From Perna viridis (lineage: Eukaryota): a DNA stretch of 64,000 nucleotides. The position numbers and the translations under genes were made by a program. Of the stretch, positions 53,002-64,000 are shown in pieces (the first letter of the stretch is position 1; each line of letters begins with the position of its first letter). The DNA lies in assembly GCA_037379345.1 (NCBI GenBank), contig CM074516.1:13640001-13704000 (forward strand), written 5' to 3'. The notes beneath the pieces were generated by a model that did not search any database, was not told the DNA's origin, and saw only the letters and a program-made list of their open reading frames with translations.

Positions 53002-53555
53002 AAAATCTGTATCACATGCTATATAAAACCAAGACCCTATATAACCCCAAGGGCCACAAGCCTGAGGGCGACATAGGTCGAGGGTTCGTACGGCATTAAA
53101 TACAGATTTGGCATGTCATGTTCGTTACACTTAATCATTTATTTTAATGTCTAAAATACTAAATGTGTGTTCCGAGTAACGGTGCGATACAGGGCATGTG
53201 TTATAAATGCAGGCTTAAAGGTGTGATTTAGGTTATGCGATATACATGTAGGCCAGGGGTATGCGATATAAACTAAATATTGCATGTCAAAATCTGTATG
53301 ATATGCTGTATCAACCCGAGACTCCTATATCAACCAAAGGGCCACCGGGCCTCGGGTGATATAGGTCGAGGGTTGATACAGCATGCGATACAGATTTTGA
53401 CATGTCATGTTCATAATATCACATATTTTAACCATACTTCGGGTATGGCCAGTGAAGGAGTGCGATATAGGTATGCGATATAGGTCTAGGTATGTGATAT
53501 AGGGTATGCTATGTAGGTCTAGAGTTGTGATATAGGGTGTGCGATATAGGGTGTA
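53002..53555. repeat. Two tandem palindromic hairpin units plus GTATGCGATATAGG short repeats
   Basis: AAATCTGTAT...GGGCCAC..GGCCTCGGG...ATACAGATTT at 53002-53112 and 53281-53406; short repeats at 53455-53555. Confidence 0.8.
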
Positions 53556-54892
53556 TATGGTTTAAACAAATACTTATAATGCATATACAACAAAGTTATA
53601 TTTTTATGTAAATATATGATTTAGGGTTTAAACTATCAATTATAATGCACATACAAAGACCGTATAATTTTATTTTAATACTTGATATACTTTTATAACG
53701 TATTAAACCCACGAATAATCACATGCCCTGATACATGTACAACGTATTAAAAGTGACTCTACATAGACATAACCATCAAAAACAGTTATTAGCACACCTC
53801 GTTATCAATTTGACATGAATACTCAGTGTAGCTGCAACTTGTTAGTAACATTACGTCACATGAAATGAAGATGATGAACAAAGTTATTTTGAGAAATAAA
53901 AATGGTTTCCACAGAAAATCTTCCACTCACTTTAGATCAAAGGCCTGGAAGAAAACAACATCTGATTTAGATTAACACATATAATGGGTTTCCCAATATT
54001 TTGTTATCGGTAATAGTGCTTTATCGGCGAACAGTAACGAGTTATGTCCCTTGGGGAATGTAAATCTAACAAACAAGACATATTGTTGGAATGTTTTTTT
54101 GCAATAATTTAATTCAATATAAAAGACGTAATAATGTCGCAATTATTTTGACGCCAGACAGTAGCTATAGGTAACCTGCATTATTGGAGATGCTTTTCTC
54201 CTGTTTCGGTCATGGCGGATAGTTAAAGCTTGTCGGTGGTCTTACATAGTAACTATAATTATTTGAAGAGAAATAAGTGCAATGGTACCGCAACAATGAG
54301 TCGTATGTGATTTAGGTATAGCAATGCTGTCCCTAGAGAGTTCTAAAAATTGTGTGTTACGTATAGTAGATTAAGAACTAGTAAATAAAAAGAAATGTAT
54401 CCTTTATAGCTCGGTGCTTTAAAATGGCAAAGCAATTGAGTATTACCACAAATATGCTAGTCCGTTGCACATGGCCATTATATTACGTTCTAAAGTACAC
54501 TTCCAAAGCCAAATTTTACAGTTTATCATATCACTGCACCTTGAAATTCTTACTCAAAACCATCAAAAACAATGAGTATACATGGTATCACCTATACAGT
54601 AAAATAATACTTTAAGTCTATCAATATTTTATATGTAATGCTTAGTCCGGTGGTAGCTTTGGAGACTCTGACGTGATATCTCCCATAGTAGCACTTTTTT
54701 TTTAAGCTTTAAATTTGACATGAGAGATTTGCTGCATTCTTATACTTGTACTATATTTTGGTATTTGATTAATTAAGAAAAAAACTAAATAACTCAGTTT
54801 CGAAGTCTTTGATCATGAGTCTGTTTGGCACTGAATGTAGGGCTATCAATACAAAATGTACAGGCAGAGAATTTTGCGATGCCCTCGATAGC

Positions 54893-55121
54893 TTCTTCGG
54901 CGGATGTTCCTAGAATAACAGAGGACGCATACCCTACCGGGGCACCTGATTTACCTCTCAGTTTTTAGTCCGAGCTGCTCATTTACTTTTGTTCCTTCGA
55001 GTTCGTTGTTTTCTTTGTTTCATGTTCTTTGTTGTGTATGTCTGTTTTTCCTGTCTAGTTTTTATTCTTGTATAATATCATTTTGATTTCCGTTCGAATC
55101 TAGGTTCCTTTGATTACTCTT
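54893..55121 (+). mobile_element. Family R repeat in GRIK intron 2
   Basis: GAGGACGCATACCCTACCGGGGCACCTG...TTGATTACTCTT. Confidence 0.85.
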
Positions 55122-56439
55122 AAATTATCCCACACCTAAAAGCGCTGTCTACACAAAATGCACATGTACATGTAGTACGTTTTGCGCTGCTCTTAATCTG
55201 TAGCTTTCATCTCTCTCCGTTTTAAAAACTACTCTTAGATTTACATTAATACTTCACAACCTTGACTTCCCGTTAACTCATCTGTATATTGCTTAACCGA
55301 TCAGCATCTATCATACTGAATGACATATCAGTCTTAGATACCACTATCTCTTTATGGCTTTAGTATCAAGGCACTTCCTTTTTATGACCGAAATCTTCAT
55401 TGAGGAATTAAGATCGTATTATTCCCCTCACCATCAGGACGTAAGAAACTGCTTACAATTAGCCTTTTGACGCCGACAATATTTCCTGTAGCAACAGAAC
55501 TGAAGATGACAAGCTATTAATACAGACTCAAAGAACAATTTGAAGATGTTACTTTTAAAGATAGTTCGAATGAATAGTTTTCTTTTCCATTAACCTTTAT
55601 CCATATGAATATGCATCGCAGACAATGGCATCCATAAATCTAGAAATTGTATAAGTCTCTCACGACAATCGATATGTTTTACTGTCGTCTTCAGTCGATG
55701 AATGAGTCTTCAAAGTAGAGAACAACACGTCTAAATGCTAGCTGTCATCTCGAGTCAACATTTTCTATGTTTGCATACATAAAAAATGATTCATTTTTCA
55801 ATTTCTGTCAGTATTAATAACGGTTTAAAAATATGAAATCTAGGAATTGTGTTTATTTTGATGTGAGCTTTCCAATTCTGATTTCTTTGGCCGGTAATGT
55901 CAGAACTGTCTAGAAATTTGATTGATCTTGCAGTTTGCTGTTTGGAACTTAAAGAGATATTTCTTGAACTTTCACCATCAAGGACCTTTATCTCGAACGA
56001 ATTGTAATCTTAAAAGCTGAAGTTTGTTTTTAATGAGAAAGGAAAGTGGATATTCTGAAAATAAATATATATTTTCAAAACGCAAGTTTACCAGAGCCAA
56101 ATCTAAGTCAATTTAGAGTATATTTACTTTTATAGTAAACTGCTGATCGTTCCACCTTTTATTCATGTGCGTGTTCCTCAGATACCATCAGGATATTGAA
56201 TAGTCTGGCTATAAAAAAAATCGTTGGCATCATCTCTGACCATTGGAAAAAGTATATTATTTCTATCCTAATCACCAGATCTGATTATTTTGTTGTGGGA
56301 GAAAATAAACATAGATAGGATGATAATACAAACTGTAGTATGGTGATAATTAATAATATCAGCCCGAGCATGCAGTGATAATCGGATTTCGATCAATAAC
56401 AATTCAGTAGTATATTTGTCTTTGCGTACACTATTGTTT

Positions 56440-56670
56440 TGTTACATAGCAGAAAAAGTAACAATTCCAAAGGTACATGTACATGTAATAACAAAACACA
56501 AGTAACACCAAAATGACACAATACGATAACTACCGTACAACACAAAAGAGCTAAAAAGTACACACTGAATAGCCAACAAACACGAACCTCACTACACCCG
56601 GGGGTAAACTCTGGTATTCCGGAAGACCGAGCAGTTTCTTCTTGTTTTAAGACACCCACCGTGCTGCTTG
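56440..56670 (-). mobile_element. Family R-related diverged subfamily, GRIK intron 2
   Basis: CACGAACCTCACTACACCCGGGGGTAAACTCTGGTATTCCGGAAG...AAGACACCCACCGTG parallels the family R core. Confidence 0.6.
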
Positions 56671-56774
56671 CTTAAAGTTAGCCCGGTATCGGAGAAAAAG
56701 TGTTACTGTATGACTGATGGTGGTTGTAGGTAATATTGAAAACCGACTTGGATTTGTTCACCAAGTCATATTTG

Positions 56775-56993
56775 TCCTCGGCTGGTATTTCTATACAAGC
56801 AGCAGAGCAGAGGACGCTTGACCTACCGATGCACTTGGTCCATGCTCGCAGTTTTTAAGTGGAGTCCGGGTTGCTCATTTACTTTAGTTTCATTGTACGT
56901 GTTATTTTGGTTATTTCATGTTATGTGTTTGTTTTCCCTGTCTATTCTTTATTCTTGTAATATATACTTTTGATTTCCACTTGAATGTTGGTT
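56775..56993 (+). mobile_element. Family R repeat in GRIK intron 2
   Basis: AGCAGAGGACGCTTGACCTACCGATGCACTTGGTCCATGCTC...GTGGAGTCCGGGTTGCTCATTTAC. Confidence 0.82.
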
Positions 56994-57353
56994 TTGAAGT
57001 AGAGGTTTTTCAATACTGTTTTGATGTTGTGTCGAGCCCAGTACAAATGACGAGCCGAGGATTTCCAAAAACCTGCCGTGCATGGCATGATGGTTTCAAC
57101 GATTTGCCATTAACTTTGGCCTTTTCTCCTCACAAATACCGGTATCTTACTCTTTCTCAAACCAGAATAGAATAAATTGTGAATCCTCGCAATAGTACTA
57201 GTATGAAAATATACGAAAACGAACTAAATGTTCACAATCGGGATTGCCAAATGAGATTATTAAATTATTCACTAGTAAAGTTGCCAGATGTTTATGTAAG
57301 ATATTTTCGTAGTTGCCTTTTTTATTATTCATCAATGTCATTTATTTTTGCAG

Positions 57354-57605
57354 TTTGTAAACTGATAAAAAATGGAGTTGCAGGCATTTTTGGACCATCA
57401 TCACAAGTTTCATCAGGCCACGTCCAGTCCATTTGTAATGCTTTATCCATTCCACATGTTCAGACATTTTGGGATGCGAGAGAATCGAGAGACTATTTTT
57501 CTATTAGCTTATATCCACATTATGAAGTATTAGGCAAAGCCTATGTTGATTTGATTAAATATTGGAAATGGTCTACTTTTACAATTATATACGAAGACAA
57601 CGATG
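57354..57605 (+). CDS. GRIK-like coding exon 3 (VCKLIKNGVAGIFGPSS...VQSICNALSIPHVQT...YEDND)
   Basis: tttttgcag| acceptor, G|gtaagt donor, 252 nt; GVAxIFGP and VQSICNALxIPHxQT are characteristic GluK ATD motifs. Confidence 0.96.
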
Positions 57606-57953
57606 GTAAGTTCATTCTTGTATAGGTCAATTAGGGTCAAAGTCATAAATCAATGTCAAAGTTCAGGTGTGAATGGTAACTATCTTACATTAACAATTTT
57701 ACACATTTTTATGATCATAAAATTTAGAAAATTGCCAGTGTTTTGTGAAGTGCTTATTTTATAGAACGAAGATACATGTACTATCGCCTAATCTTAGGCA
57801 ATTATTGAAAGTGATGTTGATGCCTAATTTGTCATGCGCATTGTTTAAATTTCGCATAGTACATGTATATTTTAGCCTTAATTATATATATTAGAATATC
57901 TCATAACGTGCAATCGGCAATTCATTTAAGATCTAAAACTTTATTTTCAATAG

Positions 57954-58135
57954 GGTTGATACGACTGCAAGAAATTCTGCGATTTTCCAAAGGTGAAAAA
58001 GTGAATATAACCGTCCGAAAATTAGATCATGACCCGGGAAACTGGGTTTATATGTTTAAAGACATGTCAGATAAAAAGGAGAAGAGAATTATTGTAGATT
58101 GTGACGTTTCAAAAGTATTCAAGGTGCTCCAAAAG
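57954..58135 (+). CDS. GRIK-like coding exon 4 (GLIRLQEILRF...RIIVDCDVSKVFKVLQK)
   Basis: aatag| acceptor, AAG|gtagga donor, phase 1-0; GLIRLQE and IIxDC motifs. Confidence 0.95.
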
Positions 58136-58219
58136 GTAGGATACCCTTTAAACAGGGATAGTCTTCTAAAAGGGAGCATGCGTATTGCAAGTTTGTCTCT
58201 GTCAGTTTTTGCGTACAGA

Positions 58220-59207
58220 TATGGAAGTCTATTTCTGTAATCAAGATAAATAAAAGTCGCGAAAAATTATCTCGAAAAGTCGTGATAATTGGTGTATTTT
58301 GTCGACATAAATGACAATTTCATCTCAAAAAGTCACGATAATTTTTCGTGATAGTTAAGATTATTATGTCGACTGTTCGAGTTAATTATCAGGACTTACA
58401 CAGAGTCATGCCAATATGTAGCTTCCACATAAATATTTTCGCTGTAGCTTTTTACCAAAATCACGACATTACACTAATTTTTGTGACAAAATGGAGACAA
58501 GTTATTTCAACTTGTGAACGTATTGATATCTGCCGACATAAACTATCGCAATTTTATAGTTTAAAGTTATGAAAACGCCAAGTAGTGTCAGTTACAAAAT
58601 GTATACATTGTGATAAATCATATTGATTTTTTTGTGAAATAATTTGAATTGTTGACATAATATTTCGACGAACGTGTAATTTCGTGATGGGTTATCGTAA
58701 CTTACCAAGAAAAACTAGCTTTTGTCGAGATTTAAAGTCAATAAGTCAAGTTATTTCACGAAAAAGTCAACATAATATATCGTAATTCACATGTTTTGTT
58801 GTTGACACTACTTGGCATTTTCACAACTTTAAATTCTCAGATTGCGATAGTTTATGTCGACAAATATCTCAGACATCATAACTTTTACGACCAGTTGAGA
58901 TGATAAATCACGATTTGTCATGATAATTAGCACATAAAGTCGTTGTATTAGTATAAAGTTGTCACATCTTATCGTGAAAATATTTTATGTCAAAGGCATA
59001 AGTTGTCGTCGGTTCCCTTATAGTCGCGATAATTCATGTTATTATATCGAACGGTCGACATAATTATCTTAACTATTGCGAAAAATTATCGTGACTTTTT
59101 GAGATAAAATCGTCATTTACGTCGACAAAATACCCAAATTATCACGACTTTTCTAGATAATTTTTCGCGACATTTACTTATCACGATGACAGAAATAGAC
59201 TTCCATA
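58220..59207. mobile_element. ~1 kb foldback non-autonomous DNA transposon (IS3EU-like termini) in GRIK intron 4
   Basis: TATGGAAGTCTATTTCTGT...ACAGAAATAGACTTCCATA termini, 6-bp TSD TACAGA, inverted similarity extending hundreds of bp inward. Confidence 0.85.
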
Positions 59208-59950
59208 TACAGATAAAAATCCGAAAAATCTTTTCTGCACATATTATTTTTATCTCCACGCTTCCAAAGAAAAAGAAAAAAAACCTTGTCCTTTAGTTAG
59301 ACGAGGATAAAAAGTATTCGAATTTGAAGATGTCCTTAAGTGAAAGAATCGGAGGTAGTTGCACGTCGTTACGACAAGGAATTCACTGATTCAGTTAAAT
59401 CCGGCTCCTTGATGATAACAAACATGTCCAGAACTGAACTAGGTACAAATGTACATGAAGCATTTTAAAAAAAAACTTTAAAATATAATGTTTGATGTCC
59501 CAACAAACTCATTAAAAATAATTCTCAAAATACGTTTTTTTAGTAAGAACATGATTGGCTGATATATATGACAAACTGTATTTCTACTTGAAACAAAAAA
59601 AAAAAAAAAAGAACGGCTTTGTTTTACATTTTCTAAATCCGGACCGGTGACGAAATTATAGGAAACAAATGTCAATGACTTATCCTCTTAAGTTGTAGAT
59701 TAGTTCTATTCGGAAATACCATTTGTCATGATGAATGTTTACCACTACACAACTTAAGCATTGACTTGCATTCTCCGTCAATTTTGTCATGGTGTTTTTG
59801 TAACAAAATTAAGACGAAACTGAAGTCAATTTCTTTTACCTGTGTACATATATATCTTTTGCATTCAAACCTACGATGCATTTTCTGTGAACACGATGAC
59901 TCGCTTCGATGTTTACGATATAGAATTATGATATAACTTATTATTTACAG

Positions 59951-60004
59951 GCTCAACAAGTCAGCATGACCAACGAATATACACATTATATGTTCACAAC
60001 ATTG
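59951..60004 (+). CDS. GRIK-like coding exon 5 (AQQVSMTNEYTHYMFTTL)
   Basis: tttacag| acceptor, TTG|gtaagt donor, 54 nt phase 0-0; matches the short GluK exon motif M.EY.HY.FTTL. Confidence 0.93.
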
Positions 60005-60804
60005 GTAAGTTGTATTCAGGGTAGTCATAAATGATCCTGACAAAGTTTGGGCCACACACCCGTTTATTTAGGAAACATTTAATATACTTGTAGCGAATGT
60101 TTTTGGACTTTCGACATGAACATTTTAAGGTTAGACATTTTCTGTTACAGTTGCAGTCATATGCATGCAGGCAGTCTTGGTTTACAGACCGATTTTTCTG
60201 ACATACTTGAATGTGCGTTATTTCTTCTAATGTCTGTTGATTATGCTCAAAGAAACCCATAAAGTTAATCCTATTACACCTATCACAGAACACTTACCAT
60301 AAGATATAATTGGTTAAGAACCATTAGAGAGTTAAATACAAAAAAAACCTTTAAGACGGTCTTACTTATAAAACCATGAAAAAGGAAATTAAAAAAAAAA
60401 AAAAAAACGAGAAAAAAAAGAATTTTGATTTACCGGGAAATTGTCCTAAGCACAAACAATACTTTTTATCTTAATCTTTGATGTTTTCATACTTGTAGCC
60501 AGTATGATCCATAATCCCCTAGTGCAAATTTGAATTCTTATTTCTCTTAGGACAAATTAGAATTCTAATTTACACTGTTTAAGATCCAGAGCAAATTGGA
60601 ATTCTAATTTATCCTAGGAGAAGTTACAATTTCAATGTGCCCTAATAGGATTCCGGATCTTACTGGATTCCAATATGCCCTAAGCTAAGATACGTTCAGA
60701 TGAATCGAAATATATTATCATTATTAAATATTACATGTCTATACTATAGTGATGCTTACAAATATTTTGTCACACTACAACAAATATACTAATTTGCATT
60801 TCAG

Positions 60805-60972
60805 GATTTAGGGCTTGTCGATTTAAGTACGTTTAAATATGGCGGTGCCAATATAACGGCATTTAGACTTGTCGATCCCAAAAACCAAAAAGTTATGGCT
60901 GTCAATGAGGACTGGGTATTCGAGGAACTGAATAACAGAGAGTCGCCTCTGCAAGGGCAAACCACGATACCG
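60805..60972 (+). CDS. GRIK-like coding exon 6 (DLGLVDLSTFKYGGANITAFRLVDP...GQTTIP)
   Basis: tttcag| acceptor, CCG|gtaggt donor, 168 nt; DL..DL..FKY.GxNIT.FRL motif. Confidence 0.94.
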
Positions 60973-62979
60973 GTAGGTAACAGTTATGATATTTTTTTCC
61001 TAAAATTTACAAATTGAATTCGAAGACGTTTCTTGATTAAATGACAATGGTTTCCCTTAAAAATAGAAGAAATCAAATCCGTAAAAATTTGGACTTAAGA
61101 CAAATCTCATGTCAATTGTGTTATGCGTTGTTGAAAAGTATATTTTTTAAAGTATTTTATATGCAAGACATTGAATTAGAGCTCGTTTTATAACTGCTAC
61201 AACCTGCCCAAATATAGCGCTTACTTTCAATCCTCGTTAGATAGAATTTTATGACTGTCCTGTCCAAATAAACTATCTTATTTAAAATTTGTGGTGTAAT
61301 TCAGATATTTTCAAGTTGGTTTAGAAGTTCCAAATGTCCCGTGTAAAATCTGCCTATGATGTCCATGTTAAGAGCATGAGATACAGCCTAAAACCGAGGC
61401 ACTTTCCTCACTTATATATGTATTAACGTCTGTGACATCTAAGTTATTTAAATAAACTTTCTTAAAACGTTCATTGAAAGTAAACGGTTAATGCGGGCAG
61501 ATTGTATAAATTCCATTTTATTTCTTGCTGCTTCTGGACAAACAAATAGAACAGCTATCTTAGTCTTTACAACAAGACAAACAGCATGGAGGTATTATAT
61601 TTGTTGTAAATCTGTAACGTTTGCTTGCTCCTCATTCAAACACGAAAATTCATCAAGTTATTCAACTACTGTTACGTCTGGATACTAGTTTGAGGAAACG
61701 TGGGCCATTCGGGGAACAGTTGACAGGATAAAGGGAGATAGGAAAGATGGGGCAACAGAAAGGGTGGGAAGAAAAGAAGAAATGGGGCGGGAGAAAAGAG
61801 AGAAGGGTGGGAGAAAGAAGAAAGGTATCCCTGTCCATCCCGTCATACGGCAGAACCTATTTTATCGTACATATATAAAACAGAATGAACATTGCGTTTG
61901 TTTTGACGCTCCTTCAATGTAGGAATGGTTCATGCATCTTTATGAAAAATAACTACAACCAATTAATCAATACTGTCTACCATTTAGATTTCTAAGTTAT
62001 CGGAGAATGTAAAAAAGTTTTCAATTTTGATAACACTACATATTATCGTACCTGAAACATTATGATGAAGTGGTTTTCAAATCAATTTGTTTGTAGCATT
62101 TTAACTTATCTTTTGGGCTCGGTAATGACATTTTCTAAGCTTTCATTATTTTTGTCTGTGATCACAAATGTTAATGTTGTCCTCTATGCATTTTTCTCAA
62201 CATTAATCAATTTTCTAGATACATATTACCGCCATTAATAATGAGAATGAATGAGGAATTGCGTTTATCAAATTGGAATAAGACATTTCAGAGGCATTCT
62301 TTACTAACGTTACAAAGTTTACATATTAATATTGGCTCGTCTGAAATAAGCAAAATGTAATATTTCAATTTTCTTTATATCCACAAAGTGATTTACACGA
62401 TGCTAAAGTATGGTATTTGGTAAAGTGTTCATTTCAATTTTTAACCAACATACATAAATATACTTACCGAAAAAAAAAAGATTGCTTATTTGGATTGGAT
62501 CAATACCATGGTTGTCTGTTTCCAAATAATTTAATTTTAAGAGGAACAAGTTTTCTGATTGGATAAATATTTTTGTCCATTATATCTTCGACCAAATTTT
62601 GTAATGCGACTGTGATGTCATCAACTTTTTTTTTATTATTTAATCGTTAAATTTTGATACTGAAATTAGGTTATATGTAATGACTGTTATACTTGTAATT
62701 GTTTCTGCTTTTTGAAATAACATCAATGCGAATTCGAAGCAAGTCATTTAGTTTGCACCACGTGATTGGGGTTATTCCTTCATAGACAGAAACAATTATA
62801 AGTCATTCCTTAATTAGGCGGCATTTTGATTATGCTCACATGATTCTTCATGGCTACATGTGTATATACATACAAGATATGACAGCTTTGTTTCCAACAA
62901 TGCATATATAGGTCTTTCGAAATTCTTTATGTACAATGTGTACATGTATGTAATTTGTGTCAATTTTACTTATTTTCAG

Positions 62980-63135
62980 ACAGACGTAGCTTTAATGTAT
63001 GATGGTGTTTTTCTGGCTGCTCTGGCCCTACATGAAGTTGGCAAAGCTAAAGTGGTCACAACAGACAAGGAATTATCTTGTTCCAAGTCAAAATCATGGG
63101 CTGACGGTATCAGCGTCCTCAATTACATGAAGACG
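62980..63135 (+). CDS. GRIK-like coding exon 7 (TDVALMYDGVFLAALAL...LSCSKSKSWADGISVLNYMKT)
   Basis: ttttcag| acceptor, ACG|gtaggt donor, 156 nt; ALMYD and C....W.xG..L.NYMK motifs. Confidence 0.95.
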
Positions 63136-63887
63136 GTAGGTTTGCCTGAGCAATTTACCTTTGTTACTTTATCAAGCTACGAACAGCGTCAGACATTCAA
63201 AATTTACTTTAGACGCTGTAGCCAGCCCTCTCATAAAAGGCAAGAATCTTGTAAAGTCGAGGAATTGTGAACGATTTTACACGACGTTATCCGATCGTCA
63301 AACTGGGTTTGACTTGAATAATGTCAGAGAACTTCGAAAGTCTTGTCTGCAGCGGTTAGTATTACATATATAATAGAGGAAACGAACGACTGCCGCTGCG
63401 TGGAGCTATTGCTGTATGTATAGCATTAAATCTTTAGAGACCAATTTGCGAGAAGGTGACGAAATTTTGCATGGTGCACAATTCATCCGAATTTACATGT
63501 ATCTTATAGATACTATGGGTTGATGTTTATTAATCTACCAAAACATTTTCTACATTAAGCATAAAATACGAATACTGATAGAACATCTCTGTAAATGTTA
63601 GTTGTTCCTATAAAATGCTTTTTTTTAATTGTTTTTGATAGATCAAGAAAAGAAATAAAATTACTGCGTTTAAACAACGATTTTGCTTGACATAAATTTG
63701 CCCCAATTTCTTGTTTTCAACAATATAGTGCACATGATAAAATAACTGCCTCTTTCTTATTCATTTTTGCATGTGGTTAAATTAACTAGAGAATCGATTT
63801 GCACTCAACACGAGTGTTTTACTAAAGCTGTCACCACTTTTTAATTAAAAGATAAGATAATATTATCATGTAATCTTTTGTGAATAG

Positions 63888-63989
63888 ATGGACTTCGAAG
63901 GTTTGACGGGAAGAGTTCAGTTCGATAACGGCGAGAGGAAGTCTTTTAACCTTGATATTGTAGAGCTTGGAAAGACGGGATTGGAGAAG
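63888..63989 (+). CDS. GRIK-like coding exon 8 (MDFEGLTGRVQFDNGERKSFNLDIVELGKTGLEK); gene continues beyond the window
   Basis: aatag| acceptor, AAG|gtaaat donor, 102 nt; GLTGRxxF..G.R..F.LDI motif. Confidence 0.94.
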
Positions 63990-64000
63990 GTAAATGCGTG

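Noticed and set aside
60292-60300. ACTTACCA complementary to the exon 5 donor
   Set aside because: Only 8-9 nt, expected by chance, unlike the 15-nt match at exon 1.

Overview
AT-rich, intron-rich eukaryotic DNA. The repeat landscape, TACATGTA enrichment and gene structure suggest a pteriomorph bivalve (inference). The only protein-coding gene I can support is the 5' part of a + strand kainate-type ionotropic glutamate receptor (GRIK-like). Eight GT-AG exons from 39654 to 63989 splice in frame and encode the signal peptide and most of the amino-terminal domain; the gene continues past the window. Almost all ORFs in the track are repeat-derived or spurious. The rest is non-autonomous mobile elements: a 5'-truncated non-LTR 3'-end family, TTAA MITEs, hAT-like MITEs, a Helentron-like element, a ~1 kb IS3EU-like foldback, palindromic elements and minisatellites, plus one 138-N gap. 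Three observations stand out. (1) A ~260 bp retroposon family without a tRNA head has a 5' end that can be drawn in HDV-like ribozyme topology; it is intact in the antisense upstream copy and core-deleted in the sense intronic copy. (2) A ~510 bp retroposon family starts with an H-type pseudoknot plus hairpin instead of a tRNA. (3) A perfect 15-nt intronic complement of the signal-peptide exon's 5' splice site lies ~400 nt downstream. All folds were paired by eye and are untested.
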